NCBI GenBank assembly: GCA_051000815.1
Contig: JBPCNX010000025.1
Location: forward strand, 721 to 64,720
DNA from: Pyrinomonadaceae bacterium
GTDB lineage: Bacteria > Acidobacteriota > Blastocatellia > Pyrinomonadales > Pyrinomonadaceae
Direction of reading: 5' to 3'
Length of the DNA stretch: 64,000 bases
A program made the translations under genes and the position numbers. The first letter of the stretch is position 1. Every line of letters begins with the position of its first letter. Below, piece after piece: positions 37,911-48,261 of this stretch. Under the pieces are notes generated by a model. That model saw only the letters and a program-made list of their open reading frames with translations. It was not told the origin of the DNA and did not search any database.

Positions 37911-39797
37911 CTAGTTCTCATTAACCAGAAGTGCTTCAGTCTTCGGTCCAATTTCCGCCAACGCCCGTTGTCTCGCAAAGTGCTCGGTGATCTCCTGCGC
38001 CGTTTTCAGACCTACGAAGGGCGACAACTCAGAGATGCTCGCCTGCGACACGCGTTGAATTGATCCAAAGTGTCTTAACAAGCGGGTCTTGCGCTTTGCG
38101 CCAACTCCGGGAATCGCCGTTAGCTCCGACGTGAAATCACGCAACTCTCGACGCTTGCGATGATAGGTGACCGCGTAGCGATGAGTTTCGTCCCGTATCA
38201 TCTGTAGCAGGCGCAGAATCAGCGAGTGTGAGTCGAGATAGACCGGTTCGTCTTCGCGTCCCTTTATAAGTAAATGGGAAACTTCGTTATGACGAAACGG
38301 TGGCTTTACTATGCCGACCAGCGGTACCGCTTCCAGATCGAGTTCGCGCAACGCATCGCCAGCAGCGCTAACCTGCCCCTTGCCGCCATCGATCATGATC
38401 AGATCCGGCAGCGGCTTGCCTTCATCAAGCACACGCCGGTACCGACGGAACACAGCTTCGCGCATCGAGGCCACATCGTTTGAACCCTCGACGCTTCTGA
38501 TCCGAAACTTGCGATACTCGGAGCGATTCATCTTCCCGTTTTCACAGACAACCATGCCGGCAACGTTCTCGGCTCCCTGAATATTTGAAACATCAAAAGA
38601 CTCTATGCGTGCCGGGAAGCGCGGCAGCTCGAGCGTCTCCTGCAACTCTTCGAGCACGAGTTTCATATCCGGTTTGAGAACGCGAAAGCGTTGTTCGAAC
38701 GCCAGCTTCGCGTTTTTCTCGCCGAGGTCGATTAGGTCGCGCTTCTCGCCGCGCTGGGGATCGAGAATTTTGACCCGTCTACCTTTTTGTTCAGTCAGCG
38801 CCTTTTCCAGCAGCTCACGATCCTCAAGCTCTACCGGAACGTGAATTTCTTTTGGCACATAGTCGCTGGAATAGTATTGAGCGAGCACATCACTCAGGAA
38901 CGATGCCGGATTGAAATCGTCTTCGATATCTTCCCAGAAGAATTCTCGCCGTCCGACGATATGACCCTCGCGCATCGTGAACAGCTGCAGCGCCAGCTGC
39001 CGGCCTTCGCGGTAGTAGGCGAAGATGTCGACGTCGCGCTCAGGCGAAGTAGCCATCTTCTGTTGTTCGGAAAGTTTGATTACAGTCTTCCGCAAGTCGC
39101 GATACTTTGCCGCCATCTCGTACCGCAAGTCTGCGGAAGCCTGCGACATGCGTTCAGCAAGTGTGTCAGCCAGCTCTTTGTTCCTGCCTTCGAGCAATAA
39201 CCGCACATCCCTCACCGCTTCCTGATATTGAGTAGGCGTGCAAAGTCCCTTGACGCAAGGACCAAGGCAACGTTTGATGTGATACTCGAGACAGGGTCGG
39301 GGCGCTTTACCGTCGATCTCGATGTCACAGGTCCGCAGTTGGAAGGTGCGGTTGATGACGTCAATAGTCTTTCGAGCCAGGCTTGCGGGAAGAAATGGAC
39401 CAAAATAAAGCGCGCCATCACCCTGGATCCGTCTGGTAATCACTACTTTGGGAAACGGTTCGTTGATCGTGAGCTTGAGATGAGGATACGACTTGTCGTC
39501 CTTAAGATTGACGTTATAACGGGGCTTGTGTTTTTTAGTTAGAGTGGCTTCAAGAATCAGGGCTTCGACTTCATTGTCGGTGACAATGAACTCCACATCA
39601 GCAATCTGTCTTACCAGCGCGTCGGTCTTGCGATCGAAGGGACGCGCCTCCTGGAAATAGGTACGCACACGGCTCCGCAGATTCTTGGCTTTGCCGATGT
39701 AGATTGTCTTTCCGGTGCTATCTTTGTAGAGATAGACACCGGCAGAACGTGGAATGTTCTTGAGCTTTTCTTCTAGAGCCACTGCTAATGCCTTCAA
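37911..39797 (-). CDS. uvrC: excinuclease ABC subunit C
   Basis: 628 aa with a GIY-YIG domain (GVYLYKD...IYIGKAKNLRSRVRTYF), a UVR domain, an endonuclease V-like domain and a C-terminal (HhH)2. Confidence 0.95.
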   Translation of the reverse strand: MKALAVALEEKLKNIPRSAGVYLYKDSTGKTIYIGKAKNLRSRVRTYFQEARPFDRKTDALVRQIADVEFIVTDNEVEALILEATLTKKHKPRYNVNLKDDKSYPHLKLTINEPFPKVVITRRIQGDGALYFGPFLPASLARKTIDVINRTFQLRTCDIEIDGKAPRPCLEYHIKRCLGPCVKGLCTPTQYQEAVRDVRLLLEGRNKELADTLAERMSQASADLRYEMAAKYRDLRKTVIKLSEQQKMATSPERDVDIFAYYREGRQLALQLFTMREGHIVGRREFFWEDIEDDFNPASFLSDVLAQYYSSDYVPKEIHVPVELEDRELLEKALTEQKGRRVKILDPQRGEKRDLIDLGEKNAKLAFEQRFRVLKPDMKLVLEELQETLELPRFPARIESFDVSNIQGAENVAGMVVCENGKMNRSEYRKFRIRSVEGSNDVASMREAVFRRYRRVLDEGKPLPDLIMIDGGKGQVSAAGDALRELDLEAVPLVGIVKPPFRHNEVSHLLIKGREDEPVYLDSHSLILRLLQMIRDETHRYAVTYHRKRRELRDFTSELTAIPGVGAKRKTRLLRHFGSIQRVSQASISELSPFVGLKTAQEITEHFARQRALAEIGPKTEALLVNEN

Positions 39798-39874
39798 CCT
39801 GGTCCCAATATTTTAGCCGAGAAGATTAACGAAGACTAATTCGTCGGAGGCGGACCGACACAACTTAGTTCCAA

Positions 39875-40804
39875 ATGCACTTTCCACTAACTCTCCCTTC
39901 TAACCGGCGCTTCGATGCTGTGGGCTTTGGCCTCAACGCTGTCGATCACATCGTTGTTGTTCCTGCGTATCCCGCTTTCGATACCAAGGTCAGGCTACTG
40001 GAACACCAGCGGTGTCCCGGTGGCCAGACTGCGACGGCAATGGTCGCCTTGCGGCGGTTAGGTCTCAAAGCGGCCTATGCGGGACGATTTGGTTCGGATG
40101 ATGAAGGCCAGTTTGGCCTGGCCTCGTTACGAAACGAAAATATCGATCTTGAGTTTGCTGAAGTGGTGTCGGGCGCGCGCAATCAAGTGGCGTTCATTGT
40201 CGTTGATGCGCGTAATGGAGAGCGTACAATTGTATGGGATCGCGATGAGCGGCTCGCATATCATCCTTCAGAAGTGCCATTGGACTTCGCTGCCCTCGGG
40301 CGTGTCCTGCACCTGGACGCACATGATCCCCCAGCCTGTCTTCGCATGGCTCAAGCGGCCCACCAAGCGGGCACGATCATTTCCGCAGATGTCGACAATG
40401 CTTATGAAGGATTGCTCGACCTGTTGCCGTTGATCGATGTTCTAATCTCGTCGAGAGAACTTCCACACCGAGTTACGGGGATTGCCGACGAACGCGCCTC
40501 GCTCGTCGAGATGAAGGCTCGTTATGGAAACGCGTTGGTCGGCATGACGATGGGAAACCGCGGCGCGTTGATTTACTGCGAGGGGCAGTTTTTGGAATCG
40601 CCGGCGTATGAAGTGCCGGGCGGTTGCCACGACACCACGGGCGCGGGCGATGCCTTTCGGGGAGGATTTCTCTATGGGCTGTTGCGCGGCGAGGAGATTG
40701 AGACGGCTTTGAAGCTGGCTAATGCTACCGCCGCCTTAAAGTGTCGTAAGCTCGGTGCGCAAACTGGATTGCCCGACCTCACCGAACTCCAGCGTCTTGT
40801 TTAA
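39875..40804 (+). CDS. PfkB-family carbohydrate kinase
   Basis: 309 aa with GGQTATAMVAL and the ATP/anion-hole motif DTTGAGDAFRGGF. Confidence 0.85.
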   Translation: MHFPLTLPSNRRFDAVGFGLNAVDHIVVVPAYPAFDTKVRLLEHQRCPGGQTATAMVALRRLGLKAAYAGRFGSDDEGQFGLASLRNENIDLEFAEVVSGARNQVAFIVVDARNGERTIVWDRDERLAYHPSEVPLDFAALGRVLHLDAHDPPACLRMAQAAHQAGTIISADVDNAYEGLLDLLPLIDVLISSRELPHRVTGIADERASLVEMKARYGNALVGMTMGNRGALIYCEGQFLESPAYEVPGGCHDTTGAGDAFRGGFLYGLLRGEEIETALKLANATAALKCRKLGAQTGLPDLTELQRLV

Positions 40805-41061
40805 AACCAATTAAGAATTAGCTTCGAGGGCGAGACGCTCGTGAATGCTGTCAATATTAAGTATCGATTTTGAAGTCAAACTTTATCTCTCCGTTTTAAA
40901 GCTCCTATTCAAGCAGCAAAGCCGCAACTGCGCGCTGCCGCGCACACAACTCAGGCAAATCCTATTAATACTCCGGTTAGTGTCGAGGCACGCTGTTTGT
41001 GAAGACAATCAGTAAGGGTGATCGCCACCTCGCTGGCGACATCAAAGACAATACAGGTCAC

Positions 41062-41310
41062 TCAATTCGAGTGGCCTTTTGTCTTTTGTAAATCATCAAT
41101 ACGCTTCCGAGAAAGCACCACGAAGAAAATAATTAGAGGCACATGGATCAATAGAACTTCGATGGCCACCACGACCAGTGACAGTGCGCGCATGTCAGTA
41201 AAGGTGCCCCTTACGATGACCCAATGCGTCCAGATGTCTCTGGTTAGAGTCATTAAAGCGCTGACTGAAAGACACGCGATCGCGAGTTTGGCGGCTGTTT
41301 TCAACTGCAT
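41062..41310 (-). CDS. possible small two-TM membrane protein
   Basis: 82-aa ORF with two clear hydrophobic helices in an otherwise non-coding, AT-richer stretch. There is no family match, so this is a weak call. Confidence 0.3.
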   Translation of the reverse strand: MQLKTAAKLAIACLSVSALMTLTRDIWTHWVIVRGTFTDMRALSLVVVAIEVLLIHVPLIIFFVVLSRKRIDDLQKTKGHSN

Positions 41311-41657
41311 GACACGTCCTTCTGTTTCTTGCTTGTTGTGGATACTTCGGGAAAGGCCGTTAAAAACGGCCTCACAAATTATTATTGGGGGGCATTCAAC
41401 CGCCGTACAACGGCTGGCCTAATCGCCCTTCGGGCTAGCCGCATGAATCCGGCAAGTAGCAATCAGACGTTGAGAGCCTGCAAGGGTGACCAGAGCCGGA
41501 GCACTACTCGCTGATCGCTGGGAGAGCGGAAGGCCTCGACTGCAATGAGGCGCTGATTACTGGGAGTGCTGGCGTCTCGCCCCGCACCGCGCCGCAAGCG
41601 CACGTAACAATAGTCTTTATCATTGACTACCGTTCCTATTTGAGTGGTTGATGGGAG

Positions 41658-41734
41658 TGGTGCACCCGGCATGATTCGAACATGCGACCCCCTGATTCGT
41701 AGTCAGGTACTCTATCCAACTGAGCTACGGGTGC
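41658..41734 (-). tRNA. tRNA-Arg (anticodon ACG), CCA encoded
   Basis: The reverse complement reads GCACCCGTAGCTCAGTTGGATAGAGTACCTGACTACGAATCAGGGGGTCGCATGTTCGAATCATGCCGGGTGCACCA. It has a 7-bp acceptor stem, a D loop (AGCTCAGTTGGATAGAGT), an anticodon stem CCTGA/TCAGG with loop CTACGAA, and a TPsiC arm (GTTCGAATC). Confidence 0.9.
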
Positions 41735-41796
41735 GTGCTTGGTTCGGAAATCGAATATAAGTAAATCTAAGTCCAAAGTCCAACGCCCCGCCGGGC

Positions 41797-41911
41797 AGTT
41801 TCGAGTTTCGGGTTTAGAGTTCCGAGATGTCTTTAAACGACGTCTACGAAGACGAAACTCGAACCAAACCCCAGGATTAAACTCTGAACTCGAAACTCTG
41901 AACTCGAAACC
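41797..41911. repeat. inverted word-repeat arms (AACTCGA/AACTCTG heptamers) between the VWA gene and tRNA-Arg
   Basis: The left arm is agtttcgagtttcgggtttagagttccgag. The right arm is aactcgaaccaaaccccaggattaaactctgaactcgaaactctgaactcgaaacc. A GTCCAAG-family fragment lies at 41771-785. Confidence 0.75.
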
Positions 41912-41916
41912 GCGCG

Positions 41917-42945
41917 TTAACGCGCGTAGTATCCCGGCCGCGTGCGCGCGATCAGTTCCGGGTTCAACACTTCAACCTTGATTTCGTGCCACTTTCCATC
42001 GCGCTGCCGATCACCACGCGCCTGGTACGCAACCGTGTACAGCGTTCTCAGGTCGGCCGCCACTTCAGCATACAGTCGCGCCATTTGATCGAGGCGGTTG
42101 ATCTCGGTCAAACGACCACCCGTGCGATTGGCCACACTCTGTAAACGTGTGCGCGCCGCCGAATAAATGCCCGTGATGTCAGGACCGGGAATCGGCAAGC
42201 GTTTTGGATCGCCTGACGGTAACGCGAGGGGAAAGATTGTTACGCCCAGTCGATCGGCGGCATTCAGAACTGCATTCAATGAAGGGCTCGCTTCCGGCTT
42301 AACCGCCTTGAGGGCTTCTTCGTCTGTTTGGGCTTTGGCAACAGCTTTTCTATCGACGTTACGCATCTGCGTATCGAGGCCATCTGTAAGCACCACTATC
42401 GCCTTGCGTCGCTTGTGCTCCTGCTCCAATTCCTTCAGCGCGAACTTGAGTGCTTCGTATAAATACGTTTCGCCAGCACCATCAGCGATGTCGATCGCAT
42501 AGGCCGTGTCTTTTCGAGTTTCACCGAAACCGGAGAGACGTTTCACTTTGGCATTGAACTGAACTACCGCAACTCGATCTTGCGGAGCGAGTGCATCCAG
42601 AAAGCGGGTGGAGGCCAGTTTCAGTTGCTGCCGGAAACCGAGCGTCGACCCCGACATGTCAAGCAGCAACACCAAACTGAACGGCGCGTTCGTCGGCTCA
42701 AATTGTAAGATCGACTGCTTCACTCCGTCTTCGTAGATCGAAAAATCGTTTCGCGAAAGAGAGGTAACAGCACGTCCACGGCTGTCTACAACACCGACAT
42801 TGAGTTGTACGAGAGAAGTGTCAATGGTTACGACGTCATCTGTTTCCTGCGCGCTGACTGCGACGCTGCTACCAAACAGTAGTAACAAACATAGAGTGGC
42901 AAGCAGGGTTCTGATCGGGATTGAAGATATTCGTAGATGCTTCAT
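41917..42945 (-). CDS. VWA domain protein of the Acidobacterial 'VWFA-related' type
   Basis: I use ATG 42945, which gives a signal peptide (MKHLRISSIPIRTLLATLCLLLLFGSSVAVSAQ). LVQLNVGVVDSRGRAVTSLSRNDFSIYEDGVKQSILQFE and the MIDAS-like DMSGS fit the TIGR03436 pattern. Confidence 0.8.
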   Translation of the reverse strand: MKHLRISSIPIRTLLATLCLLLLFGSSVAVSAQETDDVVTIDTSLVQLNVGVVDSRGRAVTSLSRNDFSIYEDGVKQSILQFEPTNAPFSLVLLLDMSGSTLGFRQQLKLASTRFLDALAPQDRVAVVQFNAKVKRLSGFGETRKDTAYAIDIADGAGETYLYEALKFALKELEQEHKRRKAIVVLTDGLDTQMRNVDRKAVAKAQTDEEALKAVKPEASPSLNAVLNAADRLGVTIFPLALPSGDPKRLPIPGPDITGIYSAARTRLQSVANRTGGRLTEINRLDQMARLYAEVAADLRTLYTVAYQARGDRQRDGKWHEIKVEVLNPELIARTRPGYYAR

Positions 42946-43222
42946 CGAGAAATTTCCTGGGACTTTAAGGGAGTATGCCTGTGCGGTCAAAGTCTTTGCA
43001 AACCCGCTTTCATGACTTTGTACTTGCTAACTTCGGACGCAAAAAGGCGCCGTTCAGTTGCTTTCAACTACAGAAAGGCCTTGCCACGAGTCTTTCATGA
43101 CCAAGATGTCACACCTTGGAGGAGGCATTAGCCGACTTTGGTGCGAACCCGAATATAATGTCGTTCGCGGATGCGATGCAAAAACCGCGAGGACCTTACG
43201 TAGCCTCCCAAAGTTTCTCACG

Positions 43223-43657
43223 ATGCACCGACCAAACTTCTGTTCTGAGTGTGGAACGAAAATCATTCGTCTTCACTGGCATCCCTGGACCAGCCGGCGC
43301 TTTTGCGACAGTTGCTCGAGACGGTTGCGGAAGGAACGTCTAACACTTCCCCTGGTTATGGCGATCCTGTTTTTCATGCTGGGGTGGGTAACAGGTCGCG
43401 CGATGCGTCCGGCTCCGCCGCCGCTGATTATCCAGCGGAGCGCGAATTCGCCGCTCTTCGAGTCTCAGCAAGGCGTCTCATTAACAGATGGCGGCAAGGT
43501 TCAATCACCGCCTGCCGAAGAGGTGGTTTACATTTGTGGCGCACGGACCAAAAAGGGAACGCCCTGCTCGAGGCGTATTCATCAGCCAACTCGCTGCTGG
43601 CAACACAAAGGCGCTAAGGCGATGTTGCCGCCGGAGAAATTGGTGATTAAGGAATGA
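43223..43657 (+). CDS. zinc-ribbon membrane protein, function unknown
   Basis: I prefer the start at ATG 43223 (MHRPNFCSECGTKI...CDSC), followed by one TM and a C-terminal Cys/His cluster (CGARTKKGTPCSRRIHQPTRCWQHKG). The track ORF starts at 43058. Confidence 0.5.
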   Translation: MHRPNFCSECGTKIIRLHWHPWTSRRFCDSCSRRLRKERLTLPLVMAILFFMLGWVTGRAMRPAPPPLIIQRSANSPLFESQQGVSLTDGGKVQSPPAEEVVYICGARTKKGTPCSRRIHQPTRCWQHKGAKAMLPPEKLVIKE

Positions 43658-43766
43658 CTTTGTCGTTTACCTGCAACCTGGCCAGCCAGGTTCGGGAAGC
43701 CGATTCAGAACCGTTTGCCGTGTCCCGCTCTGATGCTACGATTCATCAGAAGTGGAGGTAAGAACA

Positions 43767-44375
43767 ATGCAGTCGCTAGACACAGCTCCAAACGTCAGCT
43801 TCTCACCATTGCTGCATCGCTACACGCTCGAAGAGTTTTTCACTCTTCCTGATCCCGATGATCGTTCTCACTACGAGTTAATCGGAGGATTTCTTTTCAT
43901 GTGCCCACCACCTGATCCGCCTCACGGGTTAATAGATTCGCGTTTGAACAAATCGCTTGTGCAGTTCCTGTTGGCTCATGAAATTCCGGGGGAGGCTCAT
44001 CATCCCCGCGAGCCGATCTACACAGACCTTCATGCGGGCATATATCTCGAACCTGACATGATGTTTGTCTCCGAAGAGCTCGGTAAGCGCATGGGTAGGA
44101 AGCGAACTTCAGCGGATATCGTGTTTGAATATCTTTCCGTAAGTAATGCTGTCTACGATCGCACTACCAAGGCCCACACTTATCTCGCACTGGGCGTTCG
44201 CGAATTGTGGCTAATAGATCCATCAGTGAGCACAATCGAAGTTCGTCATGCCAGCGAGCATAAAGGGAAGCCGGCGTGGGAAACCTGGCGCTACTCTGAC
44301 GGTGACTGGGCGGAGTCGAGAGTGCTGAGCGGCTGGCGGGTTTCGGTTTCAGAACTCTTCGAAAGCTTGATCTGA
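43767..44375 (+). CDS. Uma2-family (DUF820) putative endonuclease
   Basis: The ATG at 43767 lies 8 nt after GGAGG. YELIGGFLFMCPPPDPPHG and the later D/E-x-K-like blocks (ADIVFEYLS) are typical Uma2 features. Confidence 0.7.
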   Translation: MQSLDTAPNVSFSPLLHRYTLEEFFTLPDPDDRSHYELIGGFLFMCPPPDPPHGLIDSRLNKSLVQFLLAHEIPGEAHHPREPIYTDLHAGIYLEPDMMFVSEELGKRMGRKRTSADIVFEYLSVSNAVYDRTTKAHTYLALGVRELWLIDPSVSTIEVRHASEHKGKPAWETWRYSDGDWAESRVLSGWRVSVSELFESLI

Positions 44376-44725
44376 GTCTTCATTTTCTCATTCCCCAACG
44401 ACGCCCCCACCAGCGTGTTCCGATTGATGGATTAATGAGGGAGATCCTTTGGATGAAGGGTCCTTCGACGATAATCAGCAAGAATGAAGGATAAGTATCA
44501 GGTCGTTCCTCACGCCGCAACCACGAAGAAACCCGCGAAAGCGTCAGTCTCGGCCGCCGAATTCCCTCGCCGGTAGAAGACAATTTCTGAATGGAGAAAG
44601 AAGCGCCTTGCCCAGCTTCGCACCAAAGGTTCGGGTTGAAGTTTACGTCCCGATTCGCTACGAGCCCGCCTACCAGGATACGCTGTCCTGGCTCATCGAA
44701 GAATTACAGAATTGCGCGGAGGTTG

Positions 44726-47700
44726 TTACCTTATCGTCTTCACTGGTCCGGGTGGCTTGGGCGACAACTTCACAGGCGCCTTTAGTCGCGCCATCACTTC
44801 GGCGATGCCGCGTTCAAGTTGTGGATCCTTGCCTTCCAGCACAAGCTTCGGATCGTTGTCCACTTCGATATCCGGATCGACGCCATAGCCTTCGATAATA
44901 AATTCACCCTTCGTATTCGCCAGGCCGGATTCGGGGACCGAGATCCCGCCCCCGTCGATCAATGGTCCGCGACCACTGATGCCGACAACGCCGCCCCACG
45001 AACGCTTGCCGATCAAAGGCCCCAGCCCGGCTTCACGAAACATCGCCGGAAAGATGTCGCCGTCAGAAGCGGAATTACCATCAAGCAACGCGACCATCGG
45101 TCCAATAAACACTGCATCCGGGTAGGTGTTGGCTTCATCCGACGTGCGCGAGTAGTTAAGCGCCAGCAGCTTGCGACGTAGGCGCTCGATCAGCATCCGC
45201 GAAACATTACCGCCGCCATTCGCGCGCACATCTACAACCAGCCCTTCCTTGCGAATCTGCGGGTAGTACCACTTGATAAACTCGCGGATACCCGCCGCTC
45301 CCATGTCGGGAATATGAATGTAGCCAACGCGTCCGTTTGTGGCTTCAGACACTTTGCGCCGGTTGCCATCGATCCAGTCGAGATAAATCAAATTGCTCTC
45401 GTCGGTGATCGGCCGGTAGGACACATGGCGCGCGCCGTCAATTGTTGGCCGGGTATTGAGTGTCAGTTGCACCGGATTATCGCCCTTGTTACGCAACAGC
45501 CGGTAAGGGTCGTCATTGCCTTTCAGTTCTTCGCCATCAATGGCCAGGACGTAGTCACCGACACTCGCATTGACCCCTATCTCCCGGAGTGGCGAGCGGT
45601 AAATGTCTTCCTCGTTTTCTCCGGCGAAGATTTTCGCAATACGATAACGTCCTGATTTCTTGTCGAGCTCGAAGCGGGCGCCCGGCAGGCCATAACGCGG
45701 GCGCGACGGAATTTGAAAGTCACCACCTTCCACATATGCGTGCTGCACAGTCAGTTCGGAAACCATCTCACTGATCACGTAGTTGAGATCCGAACGATGA
45801 GCCACATACTGCAACAGCGGTTTGTATTGTTCGCGCAATGCCACCCAGTCGTAACCATGCATATTGGAAACGTAGAACCAGTCACGATAGCGCCTCCAGA
45901 CTTCATGAAAAATCTGGTTCCATTCTTCAGTAGGCACTCGGTCGACTACCAGTCCTGCAGTCGAGATCGTCTTCTTGGATTTGTCGCCCTGGGGCGTGGC
46001 GTCGTAGATATTGTAGGAGGGACCCTGCACGACCAGGATCTTTGAGCCGTCTTCAGAAAGTGAGAAGCCCCTGACGTCTTCTGCGAGCGTGGTCTCCTTA
46101 CGATCTTTCAGCGAATAGATCTTTAGTACAGTCGGTCGATCTCCCGCTCGCCCGTAATAGAACGCCGGGCCGATGCCGTACAAGAGGTGCCCGGTCTTGG
46201 CTGAAAGTCCCCCATAGTTTTCCGCACCTACCGGCACACGAGAAACTCGATTCTGAATCCGATCAAAATCTATGACCATTGTAGCGGGCGGCTTGGCAGC
46301 AGCGTCTTTGGGATCAGGCGAAGCTGCCGGCGATGGTTTTTCAGCCTCCTGCGTCGGTTCTTTATTTATTTCCCGATTGAGGTCTTTCCCCGGCTCCTTC
46401 GGTTCGATCCCGGGCGGAGTGCCTTTTGGCTTAGGCGTTTCATCAGGTTTGGCAATGGAAATTTCATCGCTCTCCGGTGGAAAGGGATGCTTTACATCCT
46501 TGCGGAGGGCCATCGCATAAATGTAGGCGTCGCGATTGGTAGCGTAGTTAAACTCTATCTGGGAAATTTGGGGCGCGAATTCCCGGTCGCTTAAGAAGTA
46601 GAGATAGTTGCCCTGAGGATCCCAGGCAGGGCCGTAAGCATTGAACATGTCATCCGTAACACGGCTGACTTTTCCATCCGCCACATTCCAGACGTAGACA
46701 GAGGAGAAACCATTTCCCGAAACGGCCATGCTGAAAGCGAGATAGCTTCCCCGCGGCGACCAGGTGTAGTCGCGGATCTGTCCGCGAGGTGAGTCGGCGA
46801 TTTCGACCATCTTGCGATCGGCAAGCGTGACGATGTAAACCTTTCCGTCCTTATCACCAAAGGCGATCCGCTTACCATCGGGGGCCCACTCCGGCTGGTA
46901 ACGCATGGCGCTGCCGCCGCGAGTGATTTGTTCCGGTGCCTTCAAGCCATCCTGGGGAACGAGATACAACTCCTCTTCACCGGTGAGATCTGAGATGAAT
47001 GCGATCCGAGATCCATCCGGTGACCAGCTGGGCCACTTGTCATGCGCTCCCGATGAATGAGTCAGGTTCCGAGTCGGTCCCTTTTCGATTGGCGCGCTGA
47101 AAATATCACCACGTGCGGAGAATACGGCCCGTTCACCCTTGGGACTGAGGTTTACTGATTCGATCTGGCCGGAAGCCGGAACGCGGCTCGGTCGCCGCGC
47201 AAGACCGTCATCGGGCACGTTGATCGAAATTGCAGAGCTGCGCCGGCTCTTCGTGTCGAGGATCTGCAGTTCGCCATTGAGCTCATAAATAATCCGTTCG
47301 CCGTTGTCGGAGCTGGGCCAGCGCACATCCCATACTTTGTTGGTGGTTATCTGCGTCGTCTTACCGGTCGGAACGTCATAGGCGTAGAGGTTGAAGTGTC
47401 CTTCACGGTCGGAGTTGAAGTAGATGGTATCGCCCATCCAAATCGGATCGCGCGTGGCGCGCGGCCCTTCAGTGATGCGTTTCGTGGCAAAGCTTTTCAG
47501 ATCGAAGATATAAAGGCTATTGGCCTGACCACCCCCGTAACGTTTCTCCGGGCGGAAGTCTCGCGACTGTGGCGAGTAGACCATCTGTGACGAGTCAGGC
47601 GAAAAATCTCCTGAGCCGGCCTGGGGCATCGGCAGCGGATCACTCGAACCGCCATCGACGGAGACAGAGTAGAGTCTCGCGATCGGCAACGCCCACGAGT

Positions 47701-48139
47701 CCTGTTGCGACTTAAAGAAGATCCTTTTGCCGTCGCTGGACCAACCGTAAACCTGATTGTCCCAGCCCCACCGCGGCGTCAATGGTCCCCGCGCGGGATA
47801 GAAGGTCATTTGCCGCGGCACGCCGCCAGCCGAGGGCATAACATAAACCTGCTCATCTCCGTCATATTGTCCGGTAAAGGCGATCCATTTTCCGTCCGGA
47901 GAAAACTTCGCAAACACTTCCATGCCGGGATGAGCTGTAAGCCGAATTGCCGAACCGCCACTTACCGGCGCCGTCCAAAGATCGCCCGCGTAAGTAAACG
48001 CCACCCGGTCGCCGTAAACATCAGGGAAGCGCAGTAATTTGGTTTGCGAGTAAGCGCTTGTTGAGATAAGTAGTAGGGCGCTGAGCAAAACGGCGATTTT
48101 GGATAGGCAAACGAAGAGAGTTTTTTTCAAGAAATGCAT
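44726..48139 (-). CDS. tricorn protease homologue (beta-propellers + PDZ + S41 peptidase)
   Basis: Starting at ATG 48139 gives a signal peptide (MHFLKKTLFVCLSKIAVLLSALLLISTSAYSQ). LLRFPDVYGDRVAFTYAGDLWTAPVSGGSAIRLTAHPGMEVFAKFSPDGKWIAF is the canonical tricorn N-terminus, and the C-terminus is an S41 domain. Confidence 0.85.
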   Translation of the reverse strand: MHFLKKTLFVCLSKIAVLLSALLLISTSAYSQTKLLRFPDVYGDRVAFTYAGDLWTAPVSGGSAIRLTAHPGMEVFAKFSPDGKWIAFTGQYDGDEQVYVMPSAGGVPRQMTFYPARGPLTPRWGWDNQVYGWSSDGKRIFFKSQQDSWALPIARLYSVSVDGGSSDPLPMPQAGSGDFSPDSSQMVYSPQSRDFRPEKRYGGGQANSLYIFDLKSFATKRITEGPRATRDPIWMGDTIYFNSDREGHFNLYAYDVPTGKTTQITTNKVWDVRWPSSDNGERIIYELNGELQILDTKSRRSSAISINVPDDGLARRPSRVPASGQIESVNLSPKGERAVFSARGDIFSAPIEKGPTRNLTHSSGAHDKWPSWSPDGSRIAFISDLTGEEELYLVPQDGLKAPEQITRGGSAMRYQPEWAPDGKRIAFGDKDGKVYIVTLADRKMVEIADSPRGQIRDYTWSPRGSYLAFSMAVSGNGFSSVYVWNVADGKVSRVTDDMFNAYGPAWDPQGNYLYFLSDREFAPQISQIEFNYATNRDAYIYAMALRKDVKHPFPPESDEISIAKPDETPKPKGTPPGIEPKEPGKDLNREINKEPTQEAEKPSPAASPDPKDAAAKPPATMVIDFDRIQNRVSRVPVGAENYGGLSAKTGHLLYGIGPAFYYGRAGDRPTVLKIYSLKDRKETTLAEDVRGFSLSEDGSKILVVQGPSYNIYDATPQGDKSKKTISTAGLVVDRVPTEEWNQIFHEVWRRYRDWFYVSNMHGYDWVALREQYKPLLQYVAHRSDLNYVISEMVSELTVQHAYVEGGDFQIPSRPRYGLPGARFELDKKSGRYRIAKIFAGENEEDIYRSPLREIGVNASVGDYVLAIDGEELKGNDDPYRLLRNKGDNPVQLTLNTRPTIDGARHVSYRPITDESNLIYLDWIDGNRRKVSEATNGRVGYIHIPDMGAAGIREFIKWYYPQIRKEGLVVDVRANGGGNVSRMLIERLRRKLLALNYSRTSDEANTYPDAVFIGPMVALLDGNSASDGDIFPAMFREAGLGPLIGKRSWGGVVGISGRGPLIDGGGISVPESGLANTKGEFIIEGYGVDPDIEVDNDPKLVLEGKDPQLERGIAEVMARLKAPVKLSPKPPGPVKTIR

Positions 48140-48261
48140 CCTCCTCTGAGACTCATAAACTTCCTCTGACAAACCGCAAGAAGCGCCATAGGCGCGCTTG
48201 CCCCCTGGCTACCATCTTCCGCGCGTACGGCGCGCACATCGAGTTGCGAACACCTTGTCAG

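Noticed and set aside
41400-41657. Checked by eye for SRP/4.5S RNA, 6S RNA, tmRNA or RNase P RNA signatures next to tRNA-Arg
   Set aside because: I could not find the SRP domain IV motifs (GGAA tetraloop with AGCA), a tmRNA tag ORF or tRNA-like end, or the RNase P conserved regions. It is kept only as a low-interest unexplained region.
44608-44898. 96-aa plus-strand ORF whose first ~35 residues look protein-like (KVRVEVYVPIRYEPAYQDTLSWLIEEL)
   Set aside because: From 44726 onward it is antisense to the well-supported tricorn gene and loses protein-like character. At most it is a short gene remnant in the 350-nt spacer, so I did not call it.
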